Shown here piece after piece: positions 37,986 through 47,002 of a stretch of 64,000 nucleotides of DNA. The stretch's first letter is position 1, and every line of letters begins with the position of its first letter. The translations under genes were made by a program, and so were the position numbers. This DNA comes from Kiritimatiellia bacterium (GTDB taxonomy: Bacteria; Verrucomicrobiota; Kiritimatiellia; RFP12; UBA1067), in contig JAFSMR010000001.1 of assembly GCA_017447805.1 (NCBI GenBank), positions 36,371 to 100,370 of the forward strand, given 5' to 3'. The notes below the pieces were generated by a model, which searched no databases, had not been told where the DNA came from, and saw nothing but the letters and a program-made list of their open reading frames with translations.

Positions 37986-38420
37986 CTATGCCAGTCCAAT
38001 CTCCCGCTCCTGTTCGCTCCACAGGTCGCTCTTGATGTTGAAGAGCCTCTCCGTTGAGAAATCGTCGGGCAGCGTCTTGGCTATGACCGCCCGGAGGATC
38101 TTCGGCGAGAGGTTGGCGAGGCGCAGAACCCGAACCACATAGGGTCGATCCATCTTCAGCCCCTCTGCAAGCTCCTTCACGTCTCCAAACGCTCCGGTTT
38201 CAAGGAGTCGCGTCCACTCTCTGGCACGGGCGAAGAGCCGTATGAGCGTTCCTGATTCGTCTAGGTCGATGTCATTTACCTCTCCTTGTCCCGCAACAAC
38301 GAGTCGGCGGCGTCCGCAGACCGTCTGGAACCGGATTGGAATCGATACGAGAACATTCCCGTCCTCAGTTTCCATGATATTCATGCTTGAATTCCTCCAT
38401 GAGGCGTTTGTCGCCATCAA
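37986..38420 (-). CDS. hypothetical protein with ParB-like HTH segment
   Basis: 144 aa. DVKELAEGLKMDRPYVVRVLRLANLSPKILRAVI matches the spacing of the ParB/Noc HTH (ELAExLGxSRSxVxNxLRLLxLPxxV). Overlaps the recombinase 3' end by 56 nt in another frame. Confidence 0.4.
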   Translation of the reverse strand: MMATNASWRNSSMNIMETEDGNVLVSIPIRFQTVCGRRRLVVAGQGEVNDIDLDESGTLIRLFARAREWTRLLETGAFGDVKELAEGLKMDRPYVVRVLRLANLSPKILRAVIAKTLPDDFSTERLFNIKSDLWSEQEREIGLA

Positions 38421-39657
38421 TCTTGAACTTGATGTCGACGGATGATTCGTAGATTGTCACAGACTCGATAATCCTCGCCAGAAGATCGCGCTTGGCGACC
38501 GGTTCGAGGGATGTCCAGAACGTTTCCGGCGATTCGAGCTGCCGCCGCATCTCGAACGGCGAAATGCATCTTTCGGTCGCAAGCGCACGGAGCATCGTCG
38601 GCGTCTTCAGGAACTTGATCGCCTCCGCCTCCACAAGCGGTTCGATCAGCTGGGCGGGAACGGATTTCACCGTGCAGGTCGAGACGCCGCGCCTCATGTC
38701 CTTACGGCAGGAATAATAGCCGTAGCGGGTTCCGTTGCGGCTCTTGCCAGTCCAGGTGTATGAGAGCGCGTTGCCGCAGTGGCCGCAGCGGACGAGCCCC
38801 GTCAGGAGCGCCGGAGAGGAGATGCACCGCTCCGCCCTTGGCTTGACCTCGACGGCCTTAAGCCGCTCTGCTACCTTGTTCCACAGCTCCATGCTGACGA
38901 TAGGTTCGTGGACGCCCTTGAAGGATTCGCTCTTCAGCGGGACGCGTCCGATATACACGCAGTTGCGAAGCGCGGTTGCGACCATGACGGTGTCGAAAGG
39001 CTTGTCCCTCTCTGGGAAGCGCAGGATACCGTTTTCTGTTAGTCGCTTTGCGACGAGCTTTGGCGTTCCGAGTTCAAGATACCACTCGAATATCTTGATG
39101 ACATTGGGAGCTGTTTCGGGGTCGACCACCAGCCGCTTGTCGATGCGTTTGTAGCCGTATGGAACCGTACCGCCCGGCCAGAACCCCTTACGCCTTGTCG
39201 CGGCCATCTTGTCGTATGTGCGCTCGGAGGCAAGTTCCCGCTCGAACTGGGCAAAGGTCATGAGGAGGTTCATGCACATCCGCCCCATCGAGGTCGAGGT
39301 GTTCAGCTCCTGCGTTACGCACGAGAACGACACGTGGTGTTTCTCCAGCTCGTTGAAGACCTGGGTGAAGTCGAGGAGCGAACGCGAAAGACGGTCGATC
39401 TTGTAGCAGACAATCATGTCGATTTTGTCCGCTCTTACATCCTCCATCAGCCGCTGAAACGCCGGTCGCTTCAGATTGCCGCCGGAGTACCCTCCGTCAT
39501 CGTAATGGGTTTCAAGACAAACCCAACCCTCAAGGCGCTTCGCCGCGATGTACGACTCGCAGGCCATGCGCTGCGCGTCGAGGGTGTTGAACTCCTGTTC
39601 GAGGCCTTCTTCAACGCTCTTTCTCGTGTAGATTGCGCATCGAATCACTTGTTGCAT
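38365..39657 (-). CDS. large serine recombinase (resolvase-domain integrase)
   Basis: 430 aa. N-terminal catalytic domain with the nucleophile serine in AIYTRKS, followed by DRLSRS. Recombinase domain and C-terminal zinc ribbon (CGHCGNALSY...YYSCRK). Confidence 0.9.
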   Translation of the reverse strand: MQQVIRCAIYTRKSVEEGLEQEFNTLDAQRMACESYIAAKRLEGWVCLETHYDDGGYSGGNLKRPAFQRLMEDVRADKIDMIVCYKIDRLSRSLLDFTQVFNELEKHHVSFSCVTQELNTSTSMGRMCMNLLMTFAQFERELASERTYDKMAATRRKGFWPGGTVPYGYKRIDKRLVVDPETAPNVIKIFEWYLELGTPKLVAKRLTENGILRFPERDKPFDTVMVATALRNCVYIGRVPLKSESFKGVHEPIVSMELWNKVAERLKAVEVKPRAERCISSPALLTGLVRCGHCGNALSYTWTGKSRNGTRYGYYSCRKDMRRGVSTCTVKSVPAQLIEPLVEAEAIKFLKTPTMLRALATERCISPFEMRRQLESPETFWTSLEPVAKRDLLARIIESVTIYESSVDIKFKIDGDKRLMEEFKHEYHGN

Positions 39658-40097
39658 GGTGCGCCTCCCAGCCTGAAGAACTTGCGTCCTGAATAGTGCA
39701 TCCCCGTGATTTCCTTCACGCAGGCCGTGAGAGACGGGTAGAGCCGTCCTTCGTATTCAAACTGGTTGTACCCAGCCACCCTCACGGAAACAAGCCGCCC
39801 CTTGTACATCCGCGTGTAGGTTACCCCGCGTACTGCGGGGTTTGCCTTGCGCGATGCACGAGGGTTGGCTCTGGCGTCCTTGCGAATGACCCGCGAGAGG
39901 ATTTCGATTTCTGTAGGGGTAAGCCCGCCGAGGCGGTCTTCCTGCAGTTGCTGTGCAAGGCGGCGACGCATGAAGACGTCTCCGAATGTCGTTGAGCCGC
40001 CGAAACGGGAGAGATATTCGCTCTTCAGCGCTTCGTGGTCGAGCGCTGCAAGTCGGTCGATTGCCTGTCGAATATCGTCTTCCATTGGGCCTTTCAT
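39645..40097 (-). CDS. DUF2924 family protein (recombinase-associated)
   Basis: C-terminus VKEITGMHYSGRKFFRLGG matches the ITGxxWSGxxFFGL hallmark of DUF2924. Start set at the internal Met (MKGPMEDD) to avoid overlap with the upstream gene. The ORF track extends to 40289. Confidence 0.55.
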   Translation of the reverse strand: MKGPMEDDIRQAIDRLAALDHEALKSEYLSRFGGSTTFGDVFMRRRLAQQLQEDRLGGLTPTEIEILSRVIRKDARANPRASRKANPAVRGVTYTRMYKGRLVSVRVAGYNQFEYEGRLYPSLTACVKEITGMHYSGRKFFRLGGAPCNK

Positions 40098-40149
40098 ACG
40101 CTTCGACCGATATGATGCCGTAATCACGGGTGAATAGCAACCGGCTATT

Positions 40150-41226
40150 TCATCTTTTTTCATCGCTTTCACCTTCTTCTTGACGGTTTCTGCGCGGCGC
40201 GAATCCGAAATTCCGGCATATCTCGCGGAGTGGGCGCAACAAGTTGAACTTGAACGCCGAATAGGTAACGCCCATCTCCTTCGCGGCATCCTCTATGCTC
40301 AGCCCATCGAGGAAAAGCAAGTTGAACGCTTTTTCATATCGCTTCCCCCTGGGAGACGCAAGATAGTCCCTGAGAACCTGAATGTCCATGTTCTCGTCGC
40401 ACTCCCTGACGCTTTTCCGCCCGTCCTCTGCATGCTCGTCGAGATGCATCATGAACGATTCGGGGTCAAGTTCGCCGTCCGGCGTAACTGCGTAGATTGA
40501 AACGGTGAACAAATCGCCAAGCCGCTTGAGCGCATACCGCGAACGCTTCATGTCCAGCACCTTCATGCCAAGCGCGTTCTTGATGAACGTCAAAAGCGAA
40601 GCGGGTGAGCGTCCTTCATTGCCTGGGCGGGTCTCGTCGTATTTTGCCGCGAGAGACCAACAGGCATATTGCAGCGTGCGCTGGTAGTCATCGCGGTCAG
40701 CCTTGCAGTCCTGGATGCGTCCTTCCCGTATCGCGGACTGCGCCAGACAGTCGAACGTCTGCATCAGCTCTTTCTGGACTTCTTCGGAGAAGAGCATCTT
40801 CCTTACGGGCTTCTTTACCAGAGGAAAGAGCTTCTTGGCGAGTTCGCGGCGCTTTCGTGCCTCCTCCTCGGGCGAGAGATTCTCCTCCGGCTTGTGGAGC
40901 CACCACCTCTTCGACTGGTCCCTCCTGTTGGCTTTGTGTCCGTCTCCAAACAGCAGCAGCCATTCGGATAGATCTCTGACACCATTGGATGGATCGTCGT
41001 ATAGCTCCCGGTATGGATGCAGTGTTATCTTCTGCCCGTTGTCCTCGTAGGAGGATACCCATATGGATGAATGACTGCGCTTGCGATGGTTCTCGGTCAC
41101 TTTCGCTGGTGCCGGCATGAATCGCTTTGACGGCGAGACTATGACGCGATCAGGGAAATCGGCTTCCATCCGAAGCCGTCTCTGGTGATACGCTCGCCTT
41201 ATCTGGATAGGGATGGTGGTGGTCAT
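40150..41226 (-). CDS. sigma-70 region-4-like HTH protein (putative element regulator)
   Basis: 358 aa. C-terminal LDGLSIEDAAKEMGVTYSAFKFNLLR resembles sigma-70 region 4 / LuxR-type HTH. Acidic and basic helical N-terminal body. Confidence 0.45.
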   Translation of the reverse strand: MTTTIPIQIRRAYHQRRLRMEADFPDRVIVSPSKRFMPAPAKVTENHRKRSHSSIWVSSYEDNGQKITLHPYRELYDDPSNGVRDLSEWLLLFGDGHKANRRDQSKRWWLHKPEENLSPEEEARKRRELAKKLFPLVKKPVRKMLFSEEVQKELMQTFDCLAQSAIREGRIQDCKADRDDYQRTLQYACWSLAAKYDETRPGNEGRSPASLLTFIKNALGMKVLDMKRSRYALKRLGDLFTVSIYAVTPDGELDPESFMMHLDEHAEDGRKSVRECDENMDIQVLRDYLASPRGKRYEKAFNLLFLDGLSIEDAAKEMGVTYSAFKFNLLRPLREICRNFGFAPRRNRQEEGESDEKR

Positions 41227-41405
41227 ACCAGCACCGCCTTCCCGTTGACGATCCTGCAGGAGCGCTCGACGACCTCGTCGCGCAGAACCTTCTCCCCCGA
41301 ACCGTGCCGCAAGACAATGCGTTCACGGACTTTGATCGTCTTGTATTCATCACGCTTGCCGACGAAGTTAAGCTTCGCCGCCAGCTCATACATTGGCCAT
41401 GTCAT
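41223..41405 (-). CDS. small hypothetical protein (60 aa), translationally coupled to the sigma-like gene
   Basis: Stop overlaps the downstream start (ATGA). Confidence 0.3.
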   Translation of the reverse strand: MTWPMYELAAKLNFVGKRDEYKTIKVRERIVLRHGSGEKVLRDEVVERSCRIVNGKAVLV

Positions 41406-41540
41406 TTTCTTCCCTCCGCATTGCGCCGGGGGCGAATGCCCTCCATGTCGCGCTTGCGGAGAGAATTTTGCGGGTAATGAATCCGTTACCTAAATTTGCT
41501 TGTCATGGAATGCCAGAATGCGTCCAGTTGCCAAATGTCA

Positions 41541-41583
41541 AACAATGAGAAAGGCCGCTTGGATATTGTTCCAAGCGGCCTTT
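41541..41583 (-). terminator. 13-bp perfect inverted repeat hairpin (aaaggccgcttgg / ccaagcggccttt) downstream of the cargo operon
   Basis: Seen directly. Flanked by short direct repeats tccgttacct at 41488 and 41651. Confidence 0.45.
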
Positions 41584-41652
41584 CTGCCATCTGTGATGAT
41601 TATCTTGAAAAATGCGAAATCGCTATTGACACGGAAAATCGGTTACCATCCG

Positions 41653-42501
41653 TTACCTCTTTACGGGCTTAAGCGAAGCTGCTATCATGCGCTTCTTCTT
41701 TTTGATCTTAGTACGACGTGCGATGGTTTTCGACGATGTCCGATGTTGCCCCTCGACTTTTTGCCTAATGGTTGATATCTCGCGCCAGCCCCAATGGTTT
41801 GCAACTTCTCTAATCTTGAGGCATTCATCATACAAGGCACCTCCAGGCTTGGCATCCTTCATTATGTATTCCGCGACCGCAAAACGTCCGAACAGTTTGA
41901 GTTCTTTTCTGCGTTTCTTGAGAGCATTGCCTATCTCATGGGTAAACCGCTCGGCGGCGGAACGATCCTCAAAAATATCCTTTTCATCAAACAGATAGGA
42001 TGGGCGTCCGCATTTGTCTATGATTTCTCCCTTGGCATCGGCTATCGCCGCAATAATTCTGTCTTCAGGTGATGAGTGTGCGCCTGGGCAGGTGGCGTTG
42101 CTGTTACGACAATTGACTTCAGAGAGAGAAGGTACGCACTTTGTCGCCTCGTCCAAGTATTGACCTGAAATGGTCGTGTCGTTCAGCAAGAGCATGAAAC
42201 TGCGGTAGTTGAAGTCCAGCAGTTCTACGTCCTCCGGCTGGATTTCCCTGTCCTCCCACGGTTCGCAATGTCGGCAGAAGAAAGTGTACGACGGATTGTC
42301 TGCACTGCCATTTCTTGTGACGGATGCTCGCTCTCCGCATTCAGGGCAGCATATCTCGGACTTGAATTTGCCGTTGAACTTCAGCACGCCTCTTTCCACG
42401 AGCAGCAAGTCGTCTTTCTCAAGGAGATTGGCCGGGACTTGGAAGGCGCGGCAATTGCGCTCTTCCAGCTGGCATTTTATCAGTAGCAGGACACCGGTCA
42501 T
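41653..42501 (-). CDS. hypothetical protein with N-terminal C4 zinc ribbon and Lys/Arg-rich C-terminal tail (cargo gene 3)
   Basis: 282 aa. CCPECGERASVTRNGSADNPSYTFFCRHCEP. C-terminal KTIARRTKIKKKKRMIAASLKPVKR. No recognisable catalytic motif. GC about 51%. Confidence 0.5.
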   Translation of the reverse strand: MTGVLLLIKCQLEERNCRAFQVPANLLEKDDLLLVERGVLKFNGKFKSEICCPECGERASVTRNGSADNPSYTFFCRHCEPWEDREIQPEDVELLDFNYRSFMLLLNDTTISGQYLDEATKCVPSLSEVNCRNSNATCPGAHSSPEDRIIAAIADAKGEIIDKCGRPSYLFDEKDIFEDRSAAERFTHEIGNALKKRRKELKLFGRFAVAEYIMKDAKPGGALYDECLKIREVANHWGWREISTIRQKVEGQHRTSSKTIARRTKIKKKKRMIAASLKPVKR

Positions 42502-43784
42502 TTCCTGTACTCCCTGGCGAGGATTTCCTTCTTGTACTCGTTCTTGATCCCGTTCTCCGCCAGAAGATCCAGTATGAGCTTCTTGTGGCGCTCGTCGTTG
42601 CAGTTGTGGACAATGCTTCGCTCCGTGACCTTGGCAATGTATGTTTTCGTCTTGGCCTTGTCAGGCGTTGCGCCAATTTCAGTCATCACCTCCTGGACGA
42701 GACGACGTTCCTCAACATATATGTCTATCGTGAACTCCCACATTTTGGGCTTCCGCCACTCGATGGGGAATTTGGCGCATGACTCTTGGAGCCGGTCGAA
42801 GATATCGTCTGTCTTGCAGCGGTGTGTTAGTTCGTCTACGATTCCGCTGGAAGGGTTGGTGATTTCCAATGTCACACCACTAACTCTAGCGAGGGCTACT
42901 TGATTGGATGACACCTTCAACCGGAAATCGCGGGAGTACGTCGGATTGAACTTTGCTATTGGATACTCTTCAATTGGCTTGTCGATTATGTCGGTTGCCA
43001 GCATGAATTTCGCAAAGAGCTGGGCGATCCTCTTCGTCTGCGAGGCGCTGAAGAAGCACTTGATGCGGAAGAACGGCTGTGGTTCGCGGTAATAGATGAT
43101 TGTGAAGCCCTCGGCGTTGTGATCCAAGGCAAGCACGAACTTGCCTTCATCGTCGTACTGCTCCACGTTCTTTGGGAAAGCGTTTACATGAAACACGTAT
43201 CTGACGCAGTTTCCGAGGTCTTCCATGTCCGTGTGGACAAAGGACACCATCGTATGTTCGCGGGCCATGAACTTCAAGAACTCATCCTCGAACGCCTTTC
43301 GCTGGAGGTCGCTGGCTATGTCGCTGGGTGGTTGCGCCACATACTTCTTCTGCCCTCCAAGGCCGAAGGCAATCTTGATGATTGCGTTCTTTCGGAGGAA
43401 CTCCCACAGCTCTCGCATATTCAAGAACACCCATGAAACCATCTGGTGAATGTCGGGCCTCTCCGTTTGCCAGTCGCCAAACGCCTCCGAAAGCCGTCCG
43501 CTCTCCTTGATCTTGTCGATTATGTAGCGCCCTCTCTTCTGATCTCGGCAGACCGCATTGATATCGAACAGTAGCGTGCAGATTTCCGCAAAGCTCTTCT
43601 TGGCCGCTTCGTTTCCGTTTTTTGCAATGTTTGTCAATTCGACGCAAAGGTCGTCCTCGAACGTCTCCGAGAATTCAGACCAGTTGGTTTGAGTCTCGAC
43701 CTTGCAGACGTTGAACATCTGCTTGAGGTATTTTCTGCCAATAAGCTTCAGTAGTGTCTTTAACGCTGGTGCCGAATCTGCCAT
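42498..43784 (-). CDS. hypothetical 428-aa protein (cargo gene 2), no recognisable domain
   Basis: Overlaps the downstream gene by 4 bp (ATGA). GC about 49% against about 65% for the flanking phage genes. Confidence 0.5.
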   Translation of the reverse strand: MADSAPALKTLLKLIGRKYLKQMFNVCKVETQTNWSEFSETFEDDLCVELTNIAKNGNEAAKKSFAEICTLLFDINAVCRDQKRGRYIIDKIKESGRLSEAFGDWQTERPDIHQMVSWVFLNMRELWEFLRKNAIIKIAFGLGGQKKYVAQPPSDIASDLQRKAFEDEFLKFMAREHTMVSFVHTDMEDLGNCVRYVFHVNAFPKNVEQYDDEGKFVLALDHNAEGFTIIYYREPQPFFRIKCFFSASQTKRIAQLFAKFMLATDIIDKPIEEYPIAKFNPTYSRDFRLKVSSNQVALARVSGVTLEITNPSSGIVDELTHRCKTDDIFDRLQESCAKFPIEWRKPKMWEFTIDIYVEERRLVQEVMTEIGATPDKAKTKTYIAKVTERSIVHNCNDERHKKLILDLLAENGIKNEYKKEILAREYRK

Positions 43785-43814
43785 GCCCGCCTCCTGATTT
43801 TCATTGTTGCTTCA

Positions 43815-45116
43815 TCAGATTGCAGCCGGATCTAGCAGGAAGTCGTAGATGCTGATGTTCAGGACGCCGCTTTCGTCAAACCATTTCCGCCCGACGTCCT
43901 TTCGGACCACTACCTTGCGGAAGCTGTCGCCCGTTAGCGAGAACGGCTTGAGTTCCGACATGCGCTTCTCGTCCGTCGTCATTGCGTATGCCGACTGGAC
44001 GTACACCCGCTCGCCGGAACGGTTCACGACGAAGTCGATCTCGCGAACCTTGCGAACGGTCTTTCCCTGCGCGTCCTTTTCATATGACGTCACGACCCCC
44101 ACATCGACCGAGTACCCGCGCCGTACAAGTTCGTTGTAGATGATGTTCTCCATTATGTGCGTCTCCTCCTGCTGCCTGAAGCCGCACCTTGCGTTCCTCA
44201 AGCCGATGTCCTCGCAGTAGTACTTCTGCGGATAGTCGAAATAGGTGTGTCCCTTGACATCGTACCGCTTCGCCTCCGAGAACAGGAATGCGTCCTCAAG
44301 ATGGCCAATGTACGCCGCGACGGTCTTGACGGTCGCGGTCGCCCCCTGTTCTTCCGCAAGGGACTTTGCGATGTTGTTTGCGTTCGTGAGGGAACCTACG
44401 GACGAGCAGAGGAAGTCGAGTATGCGAGCCATCACATCGGGACGGTCGACGCGCTTGCGCTCTACGATGTCCTTGAGATAGACTTCGTCGAAAAGACGTT
44501 TCAGGTACTCCTCGCGGCTGGCATCGTTTGGGCGGGTGAGCGCAAAAGGCATGCCGCCGAAACGCATGTAGTCGTCAAGCGCGTCCCGCTTGTCCACGGA
44601 AACGGCCGAAAGATACTCGGCGAAGGATAGCGGATGGACTCGGATTTCGTCGCCCCGTCCGCGAAACTCCGTCTTGATGTCGGAAGAAAGCATCTTCGAG
44701 TTGGAACCCGTCACGTACACGTCAAGATTCTCCATGTGGAGAAAGCCGTTCAGGGCATCGTAGAACGTTATCTTCTCGCCCTCGGGAGAATGAGGGTTCG
44801 GAACCTTGTCGGACATCTGGATTTCGTCAATGAACAGGTAGCGCCTGTTGGTCGCGTTGCTCATCCATGAATCCACATGGGCGGAAAGCTCAAGAGGGTT
44901 CCTGAATCTTGCCGAATTGATGTCGTCGAGTTCTATCGTGAGAATGTCCTCTGGAAGAACACCGCTATCTATCAGGTGTCGCCGAAACAGGGTCTTCAGC
45001 AGATAAGACTTTCCACATCGCCTTATTCCCGTGATGACTTTGACCTGCCCGTTCCACATGAGTGAAATGAGCTTGTCGAGGTAGAAGTCTCTCTTTATCT
45101 CCTTGAAATTATCCAT
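43815..45116 (-). CDS. AAA+ ATPase (AAA_14) with C-terminal DUF4143 restriction-endonuclease-like domain (cargo gene 1)
   Basis: Walker A GIRRCGKS, Walker B LFIDEIQ. C-terminal EIDFVVNRSGERVYVQSAY is a PD-(D/E)XK-like core as in DUF4143. Confidence 0.75.
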   Translation of the reverse strand: MDNFKEIKRDFYLDKLISLMWNGQVKVITGIRRCGKSYLLKTLFRRHLIDSGVLPEDILTIELDDINSARFRNPLELSAHVDSWMSNATNRRYLFIDEIQMSDKVPNPHSPEGEKITFYDALNGFLHMENLDVYVTGSNSKMLSSDIKTEFRGRGDEIRVHPLSFAEYLSAVSVDKRDALDDYMRFGGMPFALTRPNDASREEYLKRLFDEVYLKDIVERKRVDRPDVMARILDFLCSSVGSLTNANNIAKSLAEEQGATATVKTVAAYIGHLEDAFLFSEAKRYDVKGHTYFDYPQKYYCEDIGLRNARCGFRQQEETHIMENIIYNELVRRGYSVDVGVVTSYEKDAQGKTVRKVREIDFVVNRSGERVYVQSAYAMTTDEKRMSELKPFSLTGDSFRKVVVRKDVGRKWFDESGVLNISIYDFLLDPAAI

Positions 45117-45128
45117 TCTTCGCTCCTA

Positions 45129-45230
45129 TTACACAGAAGTTTGGAGATATTATACCATATTCAAGGGTCGATAGTCAATGGGGGTAGTCGAAACTTGCTG
45201 CGTTTTACACAGAAGATTGGAAGATAATAA
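45129..45230. repeat. two 26-bp direct repeats (ttacacagaagNttggaNataNtaNa, 22/26 identical) in the divergent intergenic region between the cargo operon and the phage early genes
   Basis: 45129-45154 and 45205-45230, each followed by a cgaaacttgct-like motif. Confidence 0.7.
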
Positions 45231-45308
45231 ATTTAGATTTTTGCCACGCCGAACTTGCTCATGTTTCCCGTATATGATAGTAGCCACTCAAGTGGCGGAA
45301 AGGAAACC

Positions 45309-46133
45309 ATGAACAACATCCTCCCATTCTTTGCGGACATACCCGCAGACGAGTACCACCAGGCGGCGAGGGACGGGAAATTCCTGTCTAGCCACCTCCT
45401 CGGGGACTTCAGGAAAAGCCCGAGGCTCTACCGCAAGAAGATGACGGGCGAGATCGCGCCGGAGGACACGGCGGCTTTCCTTACTGGACGCGCCGTCCAT
45501 ACGCTCATCTTGGAAGGTCGCACCAAGTTCGACGAGGAGTTCCTCGTCTCGGACGGGCCGGTGAACCCCAAGACGGGCGAGTCGTTCGGCAAGCTCACGA
45601 AGGCATACAAGGAGTGGGCGGCGGCACAGACGAAGGACGTCGTTTCGGGCTCGGACTTCAACTTCATGTCGCAGCTCCAGCAGAGCGTCTGGACGCATCC
45701 CATCGCCAGCCTCCTGCTCGACGACGGCGTTGCCGAGCAGACCGTCCGCACGACCTATTTCGGCGTCGCCTGCCAAATCAGAATGGACTGGTTCCGCGCC
45801 GACTACGAGGGGCGTCCCGTCATCTGCGACCTAAAGACCTGCGAGACGCTCGACTGGTTCGAGAGCGACGCGAGACGCTTTGGCTATCCCGCACAGGCGG
45901 CGTTCTACCGCGAAGTCCTGCGCACGGCGAGCGACGGCGAGGTCGTCGCCGACTGCTATCTTCTGGCAATTGAAAAGCGCGAGCCGTTCCGCTGCGGAGT
46001 GTGGAAGCTCACGGACGGCATCCTCGAAGCGTGCGCCGTGGAGAACGAGCGCGCGATTGCGGAACTCGCCGAGTGCCGCCGGACGAACGTCTGGCCGACG
46101 AAGACTGAGGACTTGCGCTTCCTCGACGTGTAG
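45309..46133 (+). CDS. PD-(D/E)XK family phage nuclease (Cas4/RecB-like, DUF3799-type exonuclease)
   Basis: Motif VICDLKT in a typical D...(D/E)xK arrangement. Start at the internal ATG after GGAAAGGAAACC. The ORF track starts at 45255. Confidence 0.6.
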   Translation: MNNILPFFADIPADEYHQAARDGKFLSSHLLGDFRKSPRLYRKKMTGEIAPEDTAAFLTGRAVHTLILEGRTKFDEEFLVSDGPVNPKTGESFGKLTKAYKEWAAAQTKDVVSGSDFNFMSQLQQSVWTHPIASLLLDDGVAEQTVRTTYFGVACQIRMDWFRADYEGRPVICDLKTCETLDWFESDARRFGYPAQAAFYREVLRTASDGEVVADCYLLAIEKREPFRCGVWKLTDGILEACAVENERAIAELAECRRTNVWPTKTEDLRFLDV

Positions 46134-46226
46134 GACGCAAACGGCAATCCACTTCAAACTGGCGGGCGGTGCTTCACCGTCCGCCTTTTTCATGCACACA
46201 CAAAAACCGAAGAAAGGAAAAGAGAC

Positions 46227-46976
46227 ATGGGCAACCTGCTCGATTCGATAACAACGGGACGCCAGCCGCAACCGCCCCGCATCATGATCTACGGCTCAGA
46301 GGGAGTCGGAAAATCGACCTTTGCGGCATCCGCCCCGAAGCCCGTCTTCGTGCAAACCGAGGACGGGCTCTCAGAGATCGACACGGCGAAGTTCCCGCTC
46401 TGCGCGACATACGCGGACGTGGTGGAGCAGCTCAAGGCCGTCCGCGACGGCGAGCACGACTTCCAGACGCTGTGCCTCGACTCTTTGGACTGGCTTGAGC
46501 GTCTCATCTGGGACCGCGTCTGCCAGGACTATGGGGTCAAGTCCATCGAAAAGGCCGACGGCGGCTACGGCAAGGGCTACACCTACGCTCTCACCTACTG
46601 GCGCGAGATAGTGAAGCTCCTGAACGAGATCCGCGCCAAGCGCCAGATGGCGGTGATCCTCGTCGCCCACGCGAAGGTGGAGCGCTTCGAGGACCCGGAG
46701 CATCCAGCATACGACCGCTACCAGCCGCGTCTCCACAAGGCGGCGAACTCGCTGATCTGCGAGTGGGCGGACGCGGTACTCTTCGCGACCCGCAGGATGC
46801 GCGTCGACTCGACGACCGGCAAGGCCGCTCCAGTCGGCGCTGACGGCGGCGAGCGCGTCATCCGCACCAACGGCTCTCCCGCGTTCAACGCGAAGAACCG
46901 CTTTTCGCTTCCCACGGAGATGGCTCTCTCGTGGACGGCCTTCATGGACGGCATGAAGGTCGGCTCGAAGAAGTAA
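46227..46976 (+). CDS. Sak4-like (AAA_24) RecA-fold phage recombination ATPase
   Basis: Walker A GSEGVGKST, Walker B CLDSLD. Size and context (followed by DUF669 and RusA). Confidence 0.75.
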   Translation: MGNLLDSITTGRQPQPPRIMIYGSEGVGKSTFAASAPKPVFVQTEDGLSEIDTAKFPLCATYADVVEQLKAVRDGEHDFQTLCLDSLDWLERLIWDRVCQDYGVKSIEKADGGYGKGYTYALTYWREIVKLLNEIRAKRQMAVILVAHAKVERFEDPEHPAYDRYQPRLHKAANSLICEWADAVLFATRRMRVDSTTGKAAPVGADGGERVIRTNGSPAFNAKNRFSLPTEMALSWTAFMDGMKVGSKK

Positions 46977-47002
46977 CCCCCAAAACAGAAAGGAATCACA
47001 CA

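Noticed and set aside
39645-40289. Full 214-aa ORF for the DUF2924 gene
   Set aside because: The N-terminal 64 codons overlap the upstream sigma-like gene and are Arg/Ser low-complexity. DUF2924 homology starts near the internal Met, so the shorter CDS is preferred.
41500-41775. 91-aa plus-strand ORF in the intergenic region between the recombinase module and the cargo operon
   Set aside because: It overlaps the 3' end of the 282-aa cargo gene and a terminator hairpin. It has no RBS and is hydrophobic low-complexity. Likely spurious.
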